Assembly (NCBI GenBank): GCA_903901055.1
Contig: CAIUPO010000083.1
Location: 30,705 to 94,704, forward strand
Length of the DNA stretch: 64,000 nucleotides
Reading direction: 5' to 3'
DNA from: an uncultured Bacteroidota bacterium
GTDB taxonomy: Bacteria > Bacteroidota > Bacteroidia > JABEUT01
In this document: in pieces, positions 19,733-30,265 of the stretch
Layout: each line of letters begins with the position of its first letter
Position numbering within the stretch: the first letter of the stretch is position 1
Program-made: the position numbers and the translations under genes
The notes under the pieces: generated by a model
The model's input: the letters and a program-made list of their open reading frames with translations, nothing else
Told to the model about the DNA's origin: nothing
The model's database searches: none

Positions 19733-20738
19733 AGTTAGTAAGGTAAATCGAATCATAATCAAACAACGTAACTGTGCGCCTTTCATCCTTCAGATACCTG
19801 CCTGCATTTTCAGCCGCACTTTTGCATAAATCCGGAGTAACCTGTTCCAATTTAACAGTATCATTTTTCATGAAATATTTTCCGTGAAAGAAGAATGCTT
19901 TATGAGAAACAAAGATATCCGTTCCACCTGAACTGAACATGGAAGTATCGGAAAAATCTTTATCAACAGCCTTTTCAATAATGCCTGTTACTTTGCCTTC
20001 CCGAACACAAATAGCCCAACCAAAAACAGGCAAGGCAATATCCAATGGAAGCGGATACGAAGCTATATGAGAAGCATAGTTATTGGCATCGCGGGTATTA
20101 TAAATGGAATTATAACCGGGAACTGAATTAATTTTCCCCATATTGTAAAACATAAGCATACCCCTATCCACAGGAGGTACGCCGGTCTTTTCTGCGTACT
20201 TAATTTGATGGAGGCGAATTGTAGCTGAAAGTAGCTTGCCGGCCTGATTCATTTCTTTGTGAAAATAAGTTAGCAGATCAAAATATTTCCGACGTGTGCC
20301 ATCTGTCCAGTCACAATCAAATTGCAACTCTTTGAAGTTTACATTATTTGCACCGGCAATATGGGAAACCTCATTCAGTATATGCCTGCTGAGTTCGTCA
20401 ATACTATCCAATGGGGTTTTATCCAAAGCTTTGTTTGCAATAAATACCACCGGAACATATTGAAAGGTGTTGGTGAATGTCGAGTCAAATTTAATTTCAT
20501 CAACAGGCAGAACTTTATTGTACTCGTCATTCCAACTCACATCAAAAAAGTGCAGATAGAGTTTACTAACAGCCACATTTTGCAAATAAGATTTATCCTT
20601 TTCTGACAAACTGAAATTGCTGCGCCAATAATAGAAAGCCTTATCTGCGTTTATGCGGGGATGCCTGCAGGAAACAGCAATAATAAGCGTTACGATAAAC
20701 AAACAGCCATTCAGGTATTTTCGACGGGACATAGACAT
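19689..20738 (-). CDS. Hypothetical lipoprotein, first gene of the three-lipoprotein operon
   Basis: Signal peptide plus Cys (LIIAVSCRHP). No family recognised. Overlaps the downstream gene by about 40 nt. Confidence 0.6.
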   Translation of the reverse strand: MSMSRRKYLNGCLFIVTLIIAVSCRHPRINADKAFYYWRSNFSLSEKDKSYLQNVAVSKLYLHFFDVSWNDEYNKVLPVDEIKFDSTFTNTFQYVPVVFIANKALDKTPLDSIDELSRHILNEVSHIAGANNVNFKELQFDCDWTDGTRRKYFDLLTYFHKEMNQAGKLLSATIRLHQIKYAEKTGVPPVDRGMLMFYNMGKINSVPGYNSIYNTRDANNYASHIASYPLPLDIALPVFGWAICVREGKVTGIIEKAVDKDFSDTSMFSSGGTDIFVSHKAFFFHGKYFMKNDTVKLEQVTPDLCKSAAENAGRYLKDERRTVTLFDYDSIYLTNYDKKDLEKIFSLSN

Positions 20739-20810
20739 ATCATTACAAACTTACGTTTCTTAATAATATGCACCCCCTATTTTTCTAATAACAGCTATCT
20801 TAGCGCTTGA

Positions 20811-22034
20811 ATGAAAATCATTATCCTTACCCAATATTTTCCGCCTGAAGTAGGAGCAGCACAAAATCGCCTGTTTGAAACAGCTAGTCGCCTGCAAAAA
20901 GATGGTGCCGAGGTTAAAATACTTACTGCCATGCCCAACTACCCGGAAATGAAAATTAAAGAGGGGTATAAAGGTAAATTCTACATGAAGGAAACCCTTA
21001 ATGGACTCGAGGTTCACAGGGCTTGGATTTACGTGGGGAATAATAAAAAAATACTGTCGAGACTTTTTAATTATTTCTCGTTTGTTTTTACTTCGTTTTT
21101 TATAGGCTGGTTTAAACTCGGCAAAGCCGACTTTATTTTTTGTGAGTCACCTCCACTGTTTTTGGGGATGTCAGCAGTATTACTAAAGAAACTAAAACGA
21201 AGTAAATTGATTTTTAATGTGGCCGATCTATGGCCTGAGGCTGCTGAAAAATTGGGCATTATCAAGAATAAATTTGTTTTGAAGATGAGCAAAAAACTGG
21301 AAGAGTATTTATATGCTTCTTCAGCAGCGGTAACTTGCCAGACGAAAGGAATAGTAAATAATATAAAAGCCCGTTTTCCTGATAAAATTGTGCATTGGTT
21401 GCCAAACGGAGTAGACCTTTCTCTTTACAAAGTGGATGAAGTATCAGAAGGATGGAGAGAGAAAAATGGGTTTTCAAAAGAGGATTTCCTGCTTATTTAT
21501 GCCGGTACAATAGGCCATATTTACAGTTGGGACATGGTGCTTGAAGCCGCCAAAATAACTCAACAGCACCCTTCCATCAAATGGATATTTATAGGTGATG
21601 GTGCGGCCAAAAGCAAGGTAATTGAGAGAAAAGTAAGTATGAGTCTAACTAACGTTTTCTTTTTCAATCCGGTTCCACGTTCTGCCTTGCCGGAGATATG
21701 GAAATCCGTAAACGTTCTTTTTTTACCATTATTAAATATTGAACTAAACAAAGGAGTAGTTCCCGCAAAAACATTTGAGGCTATGGCCATGAAAGTGCCC
21801 ATATTACTAGGTGCTGAGGGTGAAGCAAAAAAACTTTTTATTGATGAAGGGAATGCCGGCATTTTCTTTATCCCTGAAAAATTGGACGATTTTGTGGAAG
21901 AGGTAATGTACCTATTCAATAATAGAGAAGAATGCAAGCGACTGGGTGAAAATGGCTTGAAATATGTTAAAGAAAATTTTGACAGAAGCCTTGTAACCGA
22001 TAAATTATTTGCACTTTTATCAAGCTTAGTATAA
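20811..22034 (+). CDS. Glycosyltransferase family 4, WbuB-like
   Basis: MKIIILTQYFPPEVGAAQNRLFETASRL N-terminus typical of WbuB-type GT4. Conserved C-terminal GT-B EX7E-like region. Confidence 0.85.
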   Translation: MKIIILTQYFPPEVGAAQNRLFETASRLQKDGAEVKILTAMPNYPEMKIKEGYKGKFYMKETLNGLEVHRAWIYVGNNKKILSRLFNYFSFVFTSFFIGWFKLGKADFIFCESPPLFLGMSAVLLKKLKRSKLIFNVADLWPEAAEKLGIIKNKFVLKMSKKLEEYLYASSAAVTCQTKGIVNNIKARFPDKIVHWLPNGVDLSLYKVDEVSEGWREKNGFSKEDFLLIYAGTIGHIYSWDMVLEAAKITQQHPSIKWIFIGDGAAKSKVIERKVSMSLTNVFFFNPVPRSALPEIWKSVNVLFLPLLNIELNKGVVPAKTFEAMAMKVPILLGAEGEAKKLFIDEGNAGIFFIPEKLDDFVEEVMYLFNNREECKRLGENGLKYVKENFDRSLVTDKLFALLSSLV

Positions 22035-22038
22035 CAAA

Positions 22039-23247
22039 ATGCATCCGATTTTCACAAAAATAAAATTCGTTCTGCTTGCACTTATAGTGTTCTTTATACC
22101 TTGTTATTTATTCCAGAATCATAACCTGGCGCCATTGTGTATTATTTTATTTTCAGTTGCCTGGGTTCTGGAAGGTAAACTGATTGAAAAGTTTAATTCA
22201 TGGCGGCGGAATAAATACGCTTTGCTTTTCACAGGGTTTTACTTACTATATGCACTTGGACTTTTGTATACATCAGATTTAAAAAGTGGTGAGTTTACAT
22301 TACAAGTTAAATTAAGTATGGGGATATTCCCATTATTACTGGTGTCCGACGGAGAACTTGCAGAGAATAAAAAAAGGATTTTAATGTGGGCATTTATCTC
22401 CGGCTGCGTAATAAAAGGCCTTTACTGTCTCGGTTATGCTTCATGGAATTATTATGCAACAGGAGTTGCCGAATTTAGCTATTCCAAATTTTCCGAGCCA
22501 TTACATCCAAGCTATTACACCATGTATATTAACCTTGCACTCTTGTTTATTTTTTACATGGTTACATCTGCCAAGCAGATAATAGGAAGGAAAGAAAAAA
22601 TCGGATTACTTTTCATTGCGCTATTCCTTCTGTTTTTAATCATACGCCTTGAATCGAAAGCCGGCTGGATAACGACAGGGTTGCTGTTCATCGCTTTACT
22701 GATAAAATTGTTTTCCATTAAGACTTACAGAAAAGTTGCAATTGCCATTTCCTGTGCAGGTCTTGCAGTAATCGTTCTACTAAACCATGGCGTCTCCAGA
22801 TTTACTATGGTGAAAACATTAATGGCCTCAGGGAAAATGGACAGTACATCGGGAGAATCAACTCAATCGAGATATTATGCATGGAAAGCAGCAAAGCAAT
22901 TAATAGCCGAGAAACCTTTGATTGGATATGGAACGGGGCGTTCATGGGAAAAACTACAAGACCAATACTTAAAAATGGGCTACATAGGCCCACAAATAAA
23001 GAAAATAAATGCCCACAATCAATATTTGGAAACCGCTTTAGATATTGGGCTTGTAGGGCTACTCTACATGATTTTATGTTTTATACTTCCGTTAATTTAT
23101 GCAATTAGAAAGAAACAATTTATTTATGGAGCGTTCCTTTGTATTCTCTTGCTAAATATAGTAGTTGAGTCGATGTTTGAGCAACAGGCCGGAACATTGT
23201 TTTATGGAGTATTCAATTCCCTCCTAATGTTTAATTTTGCAATATGA
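22039..23247 (+). CDS. O-antigen ligase/polymerase family (Wzy_C-like) polytopic membrane protein
   Basis: About 10-12 TM helices with a large loop bearing HNQYLE..LDIG (Wzy_C-like). Sits within the polysaccharide locus. Confidence 0.65.
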   Translation: MHPIFTKIKFVLLALIVFFIPCYLFQNHNLAPLCIILFSVAWVLEGKLIEKFNSWRRNKYALLFTGFYLLYALGLLYTSDLKSGEFTLQVKLSMGIFPLLLVSDGELAENKKRILMWAFISGCVIKGLYCLGYASWNYYATGVAEFSYSKFSEPLHPSYYTMYINLALLFIFYMVTSAKQIIGRKEKIGLLFIALFLLFLIIRLESKAGWITTGLLFIALLIKLFSIKTYRKVAIAISCAGLAVIVLLNHGVSRFTMVKTLMASGKMDSTSGESTQSRYYAWKAAKQLIAEKPLIGYGTGRSWEKLQDQYLKMGYIGPQIKKINAHNQYLETALDIGLVGLLYMILCFILPLIYAIRKKQFIYGAFLCILLLNIVVESMFEQQAGTLFYGVFNSLLMFNFAI

Positions 23248-24449
23248 TAAACTTTGCACCTCCACGAATAGACGAAAAAACAATTGAAGCAGTTGCTGAA
23301 ACGCTGCGCTCCGGCTGGATTACCACAGGCCCGAAAACAAAACTGCTGGAGAAAAAAATATCAGAATATTGCGGAGTTCAACAAACATTATGCGTTAATT
23401 CCGCCACAGCAGGACTGGAACTAGCTTTACGCTGGTTTGGCGTTGGTGCTGGTGATGAAGTTATAGTTCCTGCATATACTTACGCTGCGACAGCCAATGT
23501 AGTTATTCACTGTGGCGCAACTCCGGTTTTAACTGACATAAATAAAAATGATTTTTGTATTTCGGTTGAAGCGATTGAAAAAGCAATTACATCACGGACC
23601 AAAGTAATTATGCCGGTTGATTTTGGCGGCTTGCCATGCGATTATGATTCCATTAACACTTTAGTAGAAAAAGTAAAAAATAAATTTATTGCACGAAGTG
23701 ACAATCAGCAAAAGCTTGGAAGGATATTAGTATTATCAGATGCTGCGCACTCAATGGGTGCAACATATAAAGGGAAAACTGCGGGCATCTTAACTGACAT
23801 TTCTGTATTTTCCTTTCATGCTGTTAAGAACCTTACTACCGCTGAAGGTGGTGCAATGTTATTTAATCTTCCTGCACCATTTGATAATGCAACAATCTAC
23901 AAAGAACTAAGCATACTTTCACTCCATGGCCAGACAAAAGATGCGTTGGCGAAAATGCAAAAAGGAAATTGGAAATATGATATTGCAGTTGCCGGTTTTA
24001 AGTGCAACATGACTGACCTCGCGGCCACTATCGGATTAATAGAATTAGAAAGATATAAAGACGATACGCTTGTTAAACGCAAAGCAATTGTAGATGCCTA
24101 TTCAAACTTCTTTTCAAAATGCAGTTGGGCTGAATTACCAATCAGTAAAGACAATGATAGGGAGTCATCCTATCACTTATTTGCATTGCGAATTAGAAAT
24201 ATCACTGAGGAACAACGGGATAAAATCATTCAAAAAATATTCGACAGGGATGTATCAGTAAATGTACATTTCATACCTATACCTATGATGAGTTTTTATA
24301 AAAACCTGGGATATAAAATGAGCGACTATCCGGTAACGTACGATAACTTCTCCCGTGAAATATCACTACCTGTCTACTACGATTTAACCATGGAACAGGT
24401 GGACATTGTTGCCAAAGCAGTAAAAGATTCTGTTGAAGAAGTGATATAA
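23244..24449 (+). CDS. DegT/DnrJ/EryC1/StrS family PLP-dependent sugar aminotransferase
   Basis: N-terminal PPRIDEKTIEAVAETLRSGWITTGPKTKLLEKKISEY and the SFHAVKNLTTAEGG lysine motif. Confidence 0.9.
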   Translation: MINFAPPRIDEKTIEAVAETLRSGWITTGPKTKLLEKKISEYCGVQQTLCVNSATAGLELALRWFGVGAGDEVIVPAYTYAATANVVIHCGATPVLTDINKNDFCISVEAIEKAITSRTKVIMPVDFGGLPCDYDSINTLVEKVKNKFIARSDNQQKLGRILVLSDAAHSMGATYKGKTAGILTDISVFSFHAVKNLTTAEGGAMLFNLPAPFDNATIYKELSILSLHGQTKDALAKMQKGNWKYDIAVAGFKCNMTDLAATIGLIELERYKDDTLVKRKAIVDAYSNFFSKCSWAELPISKDNDRESSYHLFALRIRNITEEQRDKIIQKIFDRDVSVNVHFIPIPMMSFYKNLGYKMSDYPVTYDNFSREISLPVYYDLTMEQVDIVAKAVKDSVEEVI

Positions 24450-25042
24450 TGGCAAAACGCATTTTTGATATCATTTTTTCTATTTTAGGTATTATTATTC
24501 TTTCCCCTTTTTTTGCAATTATTTCAATTATTATATTGCTGACTTCGGCGGGTGGAGCATTTTACAGGCAGATTCGAGTGGGTAAGAATAGCAAAGAATT
24601 TAAGTTATTAAAATTCCGGACTATGAAAGTTGGCTCAGATAAGGATCTCCGCATAACCGTTGGAAATCGCGATAGCCGAATAACAGGAATTGGCTTTTAT
24701 CTGCGCAAATATAAGTTAGATGAGTTGCCGCAATTATTTAATGTGCTGGTTGGAGATATGAGCTTTGTCGGGCCACGCCCTGAAGTCCCCGAATACGTTG
24801 CCCTTTATGATGCAGAGCAAAAAACAGTTCTCAGTGTAAAACCCGGAATTACCGATTACGCTTCTATTGTATATTCTGAAGAAAATGAATTGCTCGCCAA
24901 TGCCGAAAACCCTCATGAACTCTATGTAAAAAAGGTTATGCCAGCGAAATTAAAACTGAACTTACGTTACATAAATGAAATGGGCCTTACTACCGATGTG
25001 AAGGTTATTCTAAAGACGCTCGGAAAAATTTTCAAGCACTAG
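24449..25042 (+). CDS. Undecaprenyl-phosphate sugar phosphotransferase (PglC/WbaP C-terminal-type bacterial sugar transferase)
   Basis: MAKRIFDIIFSILGIIILSPFF...LLKFRTMKV...DELPQLFNVLVGDMSFVGPRP. Confidence 0.9.
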   Translation: MAKRIFDIIFSILGIIILSPFFAIISIIILLTSAGGAFYRQIRVGKNSKEFKLLKFRTMKVGSDKDLRITVGNRDSRITGIGFYLRKYKLDELPQLFNVLVGDMSFVGPRPEVPEYVALYDAEQKTVLSVKPGITDYASIVYSEENELLANAENPHELYVKKVMPAKLKLNLRYINEMGLTTDVKVILKTLGKIFKH

Positions 25043-26375
25043 CTTTGGCATTCTTTGAAGCCAGTTTAAGCAAAATATAAAGCGGATATCCGCCGAAAAA
25101 CACTACCAGACCAATTAATGCCTGGTTTGGATGTTCCAAACAAATACTCGCACAAGCATATAATAAAACTAAAATAAATATTATCGGAAGAAGAGGGAAC
25201 AGTTTCATTTTATACCCAGTGTAAATTTCATCCTTCATGCGCTTCCGAAGGACAAAAATGGTAACAACTGCAAATATCAAAGCAAGATTATCTATAAAAA
25301 TAATGTAGTTGACTATTTTTTGAAAATCACTACCCAAAAATAACGAAACTAAAATTACAGCAAAGAAAAAAGTGAGACCGAAAACCTGAGTTTGTGTCTT
25401 AGGATTTACCTTTTTGAAAATTGGAGGCAATATCTTGTCTTCAGCCATAGCATAATATATGCGGGGGTTACTCATGAAGGAGGCATTCAGAAAACCTAGC
25501 ACGGAAGTGAAAATAATAATGGAAGTTATTTTGAAACCATTCTCACCAAAAAAATTCTTTGCCAATTCGGATGCCAGAAGTGGCTTAGTTTTCATTGCTT
25601 CAAATCCTATTACTTGCACGTAGGCAATATTTATAAGCATGTATAGTGTTACGACAATAGCCATTCCACCAAAAATGGCGAGTGGTATGTTTCGTTGAGG
25701 ATTCTTAATATCAGCCCCAAGATTGATTGTGTTCTGGTACCCACCAAATGCAAAAAATACATTTACAAGACATAGTCCTAATGCTTTAAAACTATCTGAG
25801 GTTGTCTGCTGAATTACTGATGTTGAATCAACGTGGGAGTGGTGCCCGAAAACCGCCAAGCATAATAAAAGCATCATTACAATTTTAAGACTGCTTAGAA
25901 TATTTTGCGCACGAGAACCCATTTTTATTCCGGCATAATTCAGTAAAAATAATGCTGTAATAACTGTAAAAGCAATAATAGTTTTTATCGTATCAGGTGA
26001 GTACGCCGCCTGCCAAGCATCTGGAACTATAACAGGGCGGATATAATCTGCGCCTATTAAACCTACAGCTACAGCGCTACCTGCATTAATAATTACCAAT
26101 GCCCAGTTAAACATAAATGCAAATGCCGGATGATAGGAATAAGAAAAAATACGGTAATATCCACCTGCGGCGGGCAACCTTGCTCCTATCTCGGCAAATG
26201 TGAGGGCCCCGCAAACACTAACAAAACCGCCGACAATCCATGAGGCATAAAAAATAAAGGGAGTGCCTGCATCACGGGCAATATCGCTTGGATTGCGGAA
26301 AATTCCCACACCAATTATAAAACTTACTACCAACATGGTTAAGTCCCATCTGCCTAATTTGGATTGAATACTCAT
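25032..26375 (-). CDS. APC-family amino acid permease
   Basis: 12 TM. GVGIF...FAEIGARLPAAGGYY signature. Confidence 0.85.
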   Translation of the reverse strand: MSIQSKLGRWDLTMLVVSFIIGVGIFRNPSDIARDAGTPFIFYASWIVGGFVSVCGALTFAEIGARLPAAGGYYRIFSYSYHPAFAFMFNWALVIINAGSAVAVGLIGADYIRPVIVPDAWQAAYSPDTIKTIIAFTVITALFLLNYAGIKMGSRAQNILSSLKIVMMLLLCLAVFGHHSHVDSTSVIQQTTSDSFKALGLCLVNVFFAFGGYQNTINLGADIKNPQRNIPLAIFGGMAIVVTLYMLINIAYVQVIGFEAMKTKPLLASELAKNFFGENGFKITSIIIFTSVLGFLNASFMSNPRIYYAMAEDKILPPIFKKVNPKTQTQVFGLTFFFAVILVSLFLGSDFQKIVNYIIFIDNLALIFAVVTIFVLRKRMKDEIYTGYKMKLFPLLPIIFILVLLYACASICLEHPNQALIGLVVFFGGYPLYILLKLASKNAKASA

Positions 26376-26473
26376 TAGGTCAAAGGTAAAAAGATTTATA
26401 GATAAGAATCCGTTTCTTTTATGTATCCTTTTGAAAGAATCTCATTATAGAAGTATCTTTGTATTTAGAATAT

Positions 26474-26950
26474 ATGGTATCAATACTATTCAAACCGAGG
26501 TTAATTAAACTCCTTTTCGCATTATGTATGATAGGAATTTCTATTCCTGCATCTTCTCAAAAAAAGGATTCGGCGGCCAAATTCAGAATTAAAAAAAGTG
26601 CGCCTTGCCAGGTTACATTTGCAAGGAAACTGATCCTGGGCAAGGATTCAAACTATATACCCATATTTAGTTTAGATGAAATATTAAAAGACCCCTATGT
26701 GAGAATTATTGGTTGCGGAGGCTATGCCATATACTCTTTTGAAATTGTTTTTGGAGTAAATGGAAGCATTTATAAAATGGCAAATGCCGGCAACTGGCTT
26801 AATGAAAAAACACTAATGATGCTGCGCAAAATAGATAATGGAAGTAATGTGATTATACAAGATATAGAGTATACATTACAAAACGATAGCACAAGAAGCA
26901 CAGGAATTATGCCTGCAATTAATTTTAAGATTTATCAAAAAAAGAAATAA
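26474..26950 (+). CDS. Hypothetical secreted protein
   Basis: Signal-like LIKLLFALCMIGISIPASS. No family recognised. Start uncertain (the ORF track begins at 26459). Confidence 0.4.
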   Translation: MVSILFKPRLIKLLFALCMIGISIPASSQKKDSAAKFRIKKSAPCQVTFARKLILGKDSNYIPIFSLDEILKDPYVRIIGCGGYAIYSFEIVFGVNGSIYKMANAGNWLNEKTLMMLRKIDNGSNVIIQDIEYTLQNDSTRSTGIMPAINFKIYQKKK

Positions 26951-26951
26951 T

Positions 26952-28436
26952 TTAATTTAGCTTAGTATCAATAAACTCTCTGCTCTTCTTTATATCCTCA
27001 CTTAAAACCCTGTCGCTTGAGTTAAAAGGGATTTGCTTTCCAAACTCCTTAAGTAATTTCTCCAATGCGGGCGAGGTTTTCGAAGGCCTGCGGAAATGCA
27101 TTGCCTGTGTGGCATTTATCAATTCTATTGCAAGAATTGTTTTAAGATTATCGAGAATTTTATAACATTTAGTAGCAGCATTAGCGCCCATGCTAACATA
27201 GTCTTCTTGTCCGTTGGAGGACACAATACTGTCAATTGATGAAGGTGTTGCGTATTGCTTATTCTGGCTTACAATTGATGCCGCGGTGTATTGCAAAATC
27301 ATAAGGCCTGAGTTCAAACCCGCATCCTTAGCCAGGAAGGCAGGCAATCCACGTTTGCCGGAAATTAGGCAATAGGTTCTTCGTTCGGAAATATTTCCAA
27401 GGTCAGCTAAAGCGATGGAGAGATAATCGAGAGACATGGCAAGCGGATGCCCGTGAAAATTGCCACCTGAAATAATTTTATCCTCCACTGGAAACACCAG
27501 CGGGTTGTCGGTTACAGAATTTATTTCAATTCCGAAAACGGAGCTTACATGTTCTATCACATCCCTTATTGCACCATGCACTTGCGGTATGCAACGGAAT
27601 GAATAAGGGTCCTGAACATCCATTTTAGGTTGCGAAATAAGTTGACTGCCCTTCAAAATATTCTGTATGAATAAAGCGCAATTCCTCTGCCCGTGATGCG
27701 GACGCACAAAATGAACTAACTCATCAAACGGGGCAGGATGGCAATCGTACGCATCGATGGACAGTGCAGCAATAGTGTCGGCCATTTTGGAAAGTCCTTC
27801 GGCTTGCATTAAAAGCGAAACTCCATAAGCACTCATAAACTGAGTACCATTAAGCAGAGCAAGGCCTTCTTTGGGTTTTAAAGTGAGAGGCTTCCAACCC
27901 ATTTCTTTGTTTAGTTGGGCAGTTGTAAGTTTTTTATTTTTATAATATACTTCTCCTTCCCCAATTAATGGTAAACACAAATGAGCCAGAGGAGCCAAAT
28001 CTCCCGATGCGCCTAGAGAGCCTTGTTGGTATACTACCGGAATAATATGATGATTAAAAAAATCAACTAATCTTTCTACAGTTGCAATGTCAACACCGGA
28101 ATGACCATAGCTGAGCGATTGAATTTTCAACAACAACATCAACCTTACAATTTCCTTTGGCACCTCCTCCCCTGCCCCACAGGCATGTGAACGGATAAGA
28201 TTGGTTTGTAGCTTACTGTAATCTTTCGGTGCAATCTTTACATTGTGTAACGCCCCGAAACCTGTATTAATACCATAGAACGGAGCATCGGAAGATTTTA
28301 TTTTCTTATCTAAATACTGGCGGCATTTAATAATTCGCCGTTCAGCTTCTTCCGAGAGGGCTATTCTGCCATTCTCTGAAAAAATAGTTTTGATGGTTGA
28401 AATATCAAGTTTATCGTTTATCTGGTAAAGTCTCAT
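26952..28436 (-). CDS. hutH: Histidine ammonia-lyase
   Basis: MIO-forming [15 protein letters not shown]. Ser-His selectivity pair in [10 protein letters not shown] indicates HAL rather than TAL/PAL. Overlaps the hisS stop by 4 nt. Confidence 0.85.
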   Translation of the reverse strand: MRLYQINDKLDISTIKTIFSENGRIALSEEAERRIIKCRQYLDKKIKSSDAPFYGINTGFGALHNVKIAPKDYSKLQTNLIRSHACGAGEEVPKEIVRLMLLLKIQSLSYGHSGVDIATVERLVDFFNHHIIPVVYQQGSLGASGDLAPLAHLCLPLIGEGEVYYKNKKLTTAQLNKEMGWKPLTLKPKEGLALLNGTQFMSAYGVSLLMQAEGLSKMADTIAALSIDAYDCHPAPFDELVHFVRPHHGQRNCALFIQNILKGSQLISQPKMDVQDPYSFRCIPQVHGAIRDVIEHVSSVFGIEINSVTDNPLVFPVEDKIISGGNFHGHPLAMSLDYLSIALADLGNISERRTYCLISGKRGLPAFLAKDAGLNSGLMILQYTAASIVSQNKQYATPSSIDSIVSSNGQEDYVSMGANAATKCYKILDNLKTILAIELINATQAMHFRRPSKTSPALEKLLKEFGKQIPFNSSDRVLSEDIKKSREFIDTKLN

Positions 28437-29947
28437 TTTATATGCTTTGTTAAATCCGCAATCGGGACTTCAATTTGTTCTTTTGTAATCATGTTTTTGA
28501 GTGCTGCCCTTCCACTCTCCATTTCCTTTTCACCAATCGAAACCACGTAAGGAATATTCCGTTTATCGGCGTATTCAAATTGCTTGTTTATCTTTTTAGT
28601 ATCGGGATATAACTCTGCGCTGATACCTGCTGCGTGCAAGTCTTTCAGAACCTTCAAACAATATTGAGCTTCTTTATCTCCGAAATTAATCAGCAATACT
28701 TTTGTGGTTGCTGCTATTTCTTTCGGGAATAAATTCAATTCTTCTATCACATCATAAATCCTGTCTGCACCAAAGGAAATTCCAACACCTGAAACATCAG
28801 GCAATCCAAATATTCCGGTGAGGTCATCATAACGACCGCCGCCAACAAGGCTGCCGGTAAATTGAGAAGTGCATTTTGAGGTATCTACTTTTACTTCGAT
28901 AATAGTGCCTGTGTAGTAGTTGAGGCCACGAGCGAGGGAAATATCATGCTTTATAGAGATATTTGGGTTTAAATGCTCTATAGTGTTAATAATATATTCT
29001 AGTTCTTCTCCACCTTTTTTTGCTATTGGTGAATTCTCATAAACTCCTAATTTTTTGGGACTAAACACAACGTCCTTTACATCCTTCTGCTCAATTTGGT
29101 TCAGTTTTTCAAAAATACTTGGAGTGCTTCCAGCTTTGACTAATATAATATCACGCAACTTTTCTATTTGAATATCTGTAAATCCTTTTTCTTTCAATCC
29201 ATTTTCGACTCCTGATGGACCAACCTTGTCTAGCTTATCCAATTCTATCGCTATTTCAACCATTCTTTCAGGTTCACCGATATATTCCGCTATCCCCTGC
29301 AATATTTTCCTATTATTAATTTTAATAATTACAGGCACTCCCAACTTAGTAAATACCTCATCAATTATTTGAATTAGCTCTACTTCATTCAAAAGGGAAT
29401 CACTGCCAATAACATCTGCATCGCATTGGTAAAACTCACGATAGCGGCCTTTTTGTGGGCGGTCTGCGCGCCACACAGGTTGTATTTGGTAACGCTTAAA
29501 TGGGAAAGTAATATCGTTACGGTGCTGTACTACGTACCGGGCGAAAGGAACTGTAAGGTCGTATCGGAGGGCTTTTTCGGAAATATTATTAGTTAGTTTT
29601 TTTCTTGCATCAGCCTGTCGATCTTCTAAGTTTTTTCTTGCATCTTCAGATCCAGTTATACTATACACTGTCATGTTAGCAATTATCTCTGTCAGTTCCT
29701 TCATTTTACTTTCATCTTGCAAGAAACTGCCTAAATAGTTGCCACTATCAAGTATTTTAAAAATAAGTCTGTCACCTTCATCACCGTATTTACCCATAAG
29801 GGTTTCAGAGTTTTCAAAAGCAGGTGTTTCTATAGGCTGATAGCCGTAGCTTTGATATACCTTACGGATAGTATCAAAAATGTAATTGCGCTTCACCATT
29901 TCCTGTGGTGAAAAATCGCGTGTGCCTTTGGGTATAGAGGGTTTCAT
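28433..29947 (-). CDS. hisS: Histidine--tRNA ligase
   Basis: [45 protein letters not shown]. Class II aaRS motifs and anticodon-binding domain. Confidence 0.95.
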   Translation of the reverse strand: MKPSIPKGTRDFSPQEMVKRNYIFDTIRKVYQSYGYQPIETPAFENSETLMGKYGDEGDRLIFKILDSGNYLGSFLQDESKMKELTEIIANMTVYSITGSEDARKNLEDRQADARKKLTNNISEKALRYDLTVPFARYVVQHRNDITFPFKRYQIQPVWRADRPQKGRYREFYQCDADVIGSDSLLNEVELIQIIDEVFTKLGVPVIIKINNRKILQGIAEYIGEPERMVEIAIELDKLDKVGPSGVENGLKEKGFTDIQIEKLRDIILVKAGSTPSIFEKLNQIEQKDVKDVVFSPKKLGVYENSPIAKKGGEELEYIINTIEHLNPNISIKHDISLARGLNYYTGTIIEVKVDTSKCTSQFTGSLVGGGRYDDLTGIFGLPDVSGVGISFGADRIYDVIEELNLFPKEIAATTKVLLINFGDKEAQYCLKVLKDLHAAGISAELYPDTKKINKQFEYADKRNIPYVVSIGEKEMESGRAALKNMITKEQIEVPIADLTKHIK

Positions 29948-29953
29948 AAAACA

Positions 29954-30049
29954 GTTGTCAGTGGTCAGTTATCAGTTGTCAGTCGAAGTTTCAAGGAGTT
30001 AAATTTCAAAAAAAATAACTGACCACTGATAACTGACCACTGACAACTT
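29954..30049. repeat. Long imperfect hairpin (about 31-bp stem) built from GGTCAGT/TGTCAGT heptamers, 7 bp upstream of the hisS start codon
   Basis: AGTTGTCAGTGGTCAGTTATCAGTTGTCAGT ... ATAACTGACCACTGATAACTGACCACTGACAACT. The revcomp matches 30 of 31 positions. Confidence 0.7.
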
Positions 30050-30100
30050 TGGGTTGTAAAAATACATTCATTTTCAGAATCTGTTTAGAATTTCATTAAT

Positions 30101-30174
30101 TACGTCAGCCCCAAACCCCTAAAGGGCTTTGAATAGCGCTATTCAAAGCCCCTTTAGGGGTTTGGGGCGTAAAG
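30101..30174. repeat. Near-perfect ~70-bp palindrome centred on AGCGCT in the divergent hisS/peptidase intergenic region
   Basis: GCCCCAAACCCCTAAAGGGCTTTGAATAGC|GCTATTCAAAGCCCCTTTAGGGGTTTGGGGC. Followed by a third palindrome AGTCCGCCGCGGCGGACT at about 30222-30245. Confidence 0.75.
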
Positions 30175-30265
30175 TTTTCAGAAATACTGGTTTCTTTTCG
30201 CAATTGTACGTAATATTGCCTGACAAAACAGTCCGCCGCGGCGGACTAAGAGTAAAAATAAAATC

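Noticed and set aside
24734-24916. 60-aa ORF antisense within the PglC-like gene, and similar short antisense ORFs inside rny, coaBC and the lipoprotein genes
   Set aside because: They are embedded in well-supported genes on the opposite strand.
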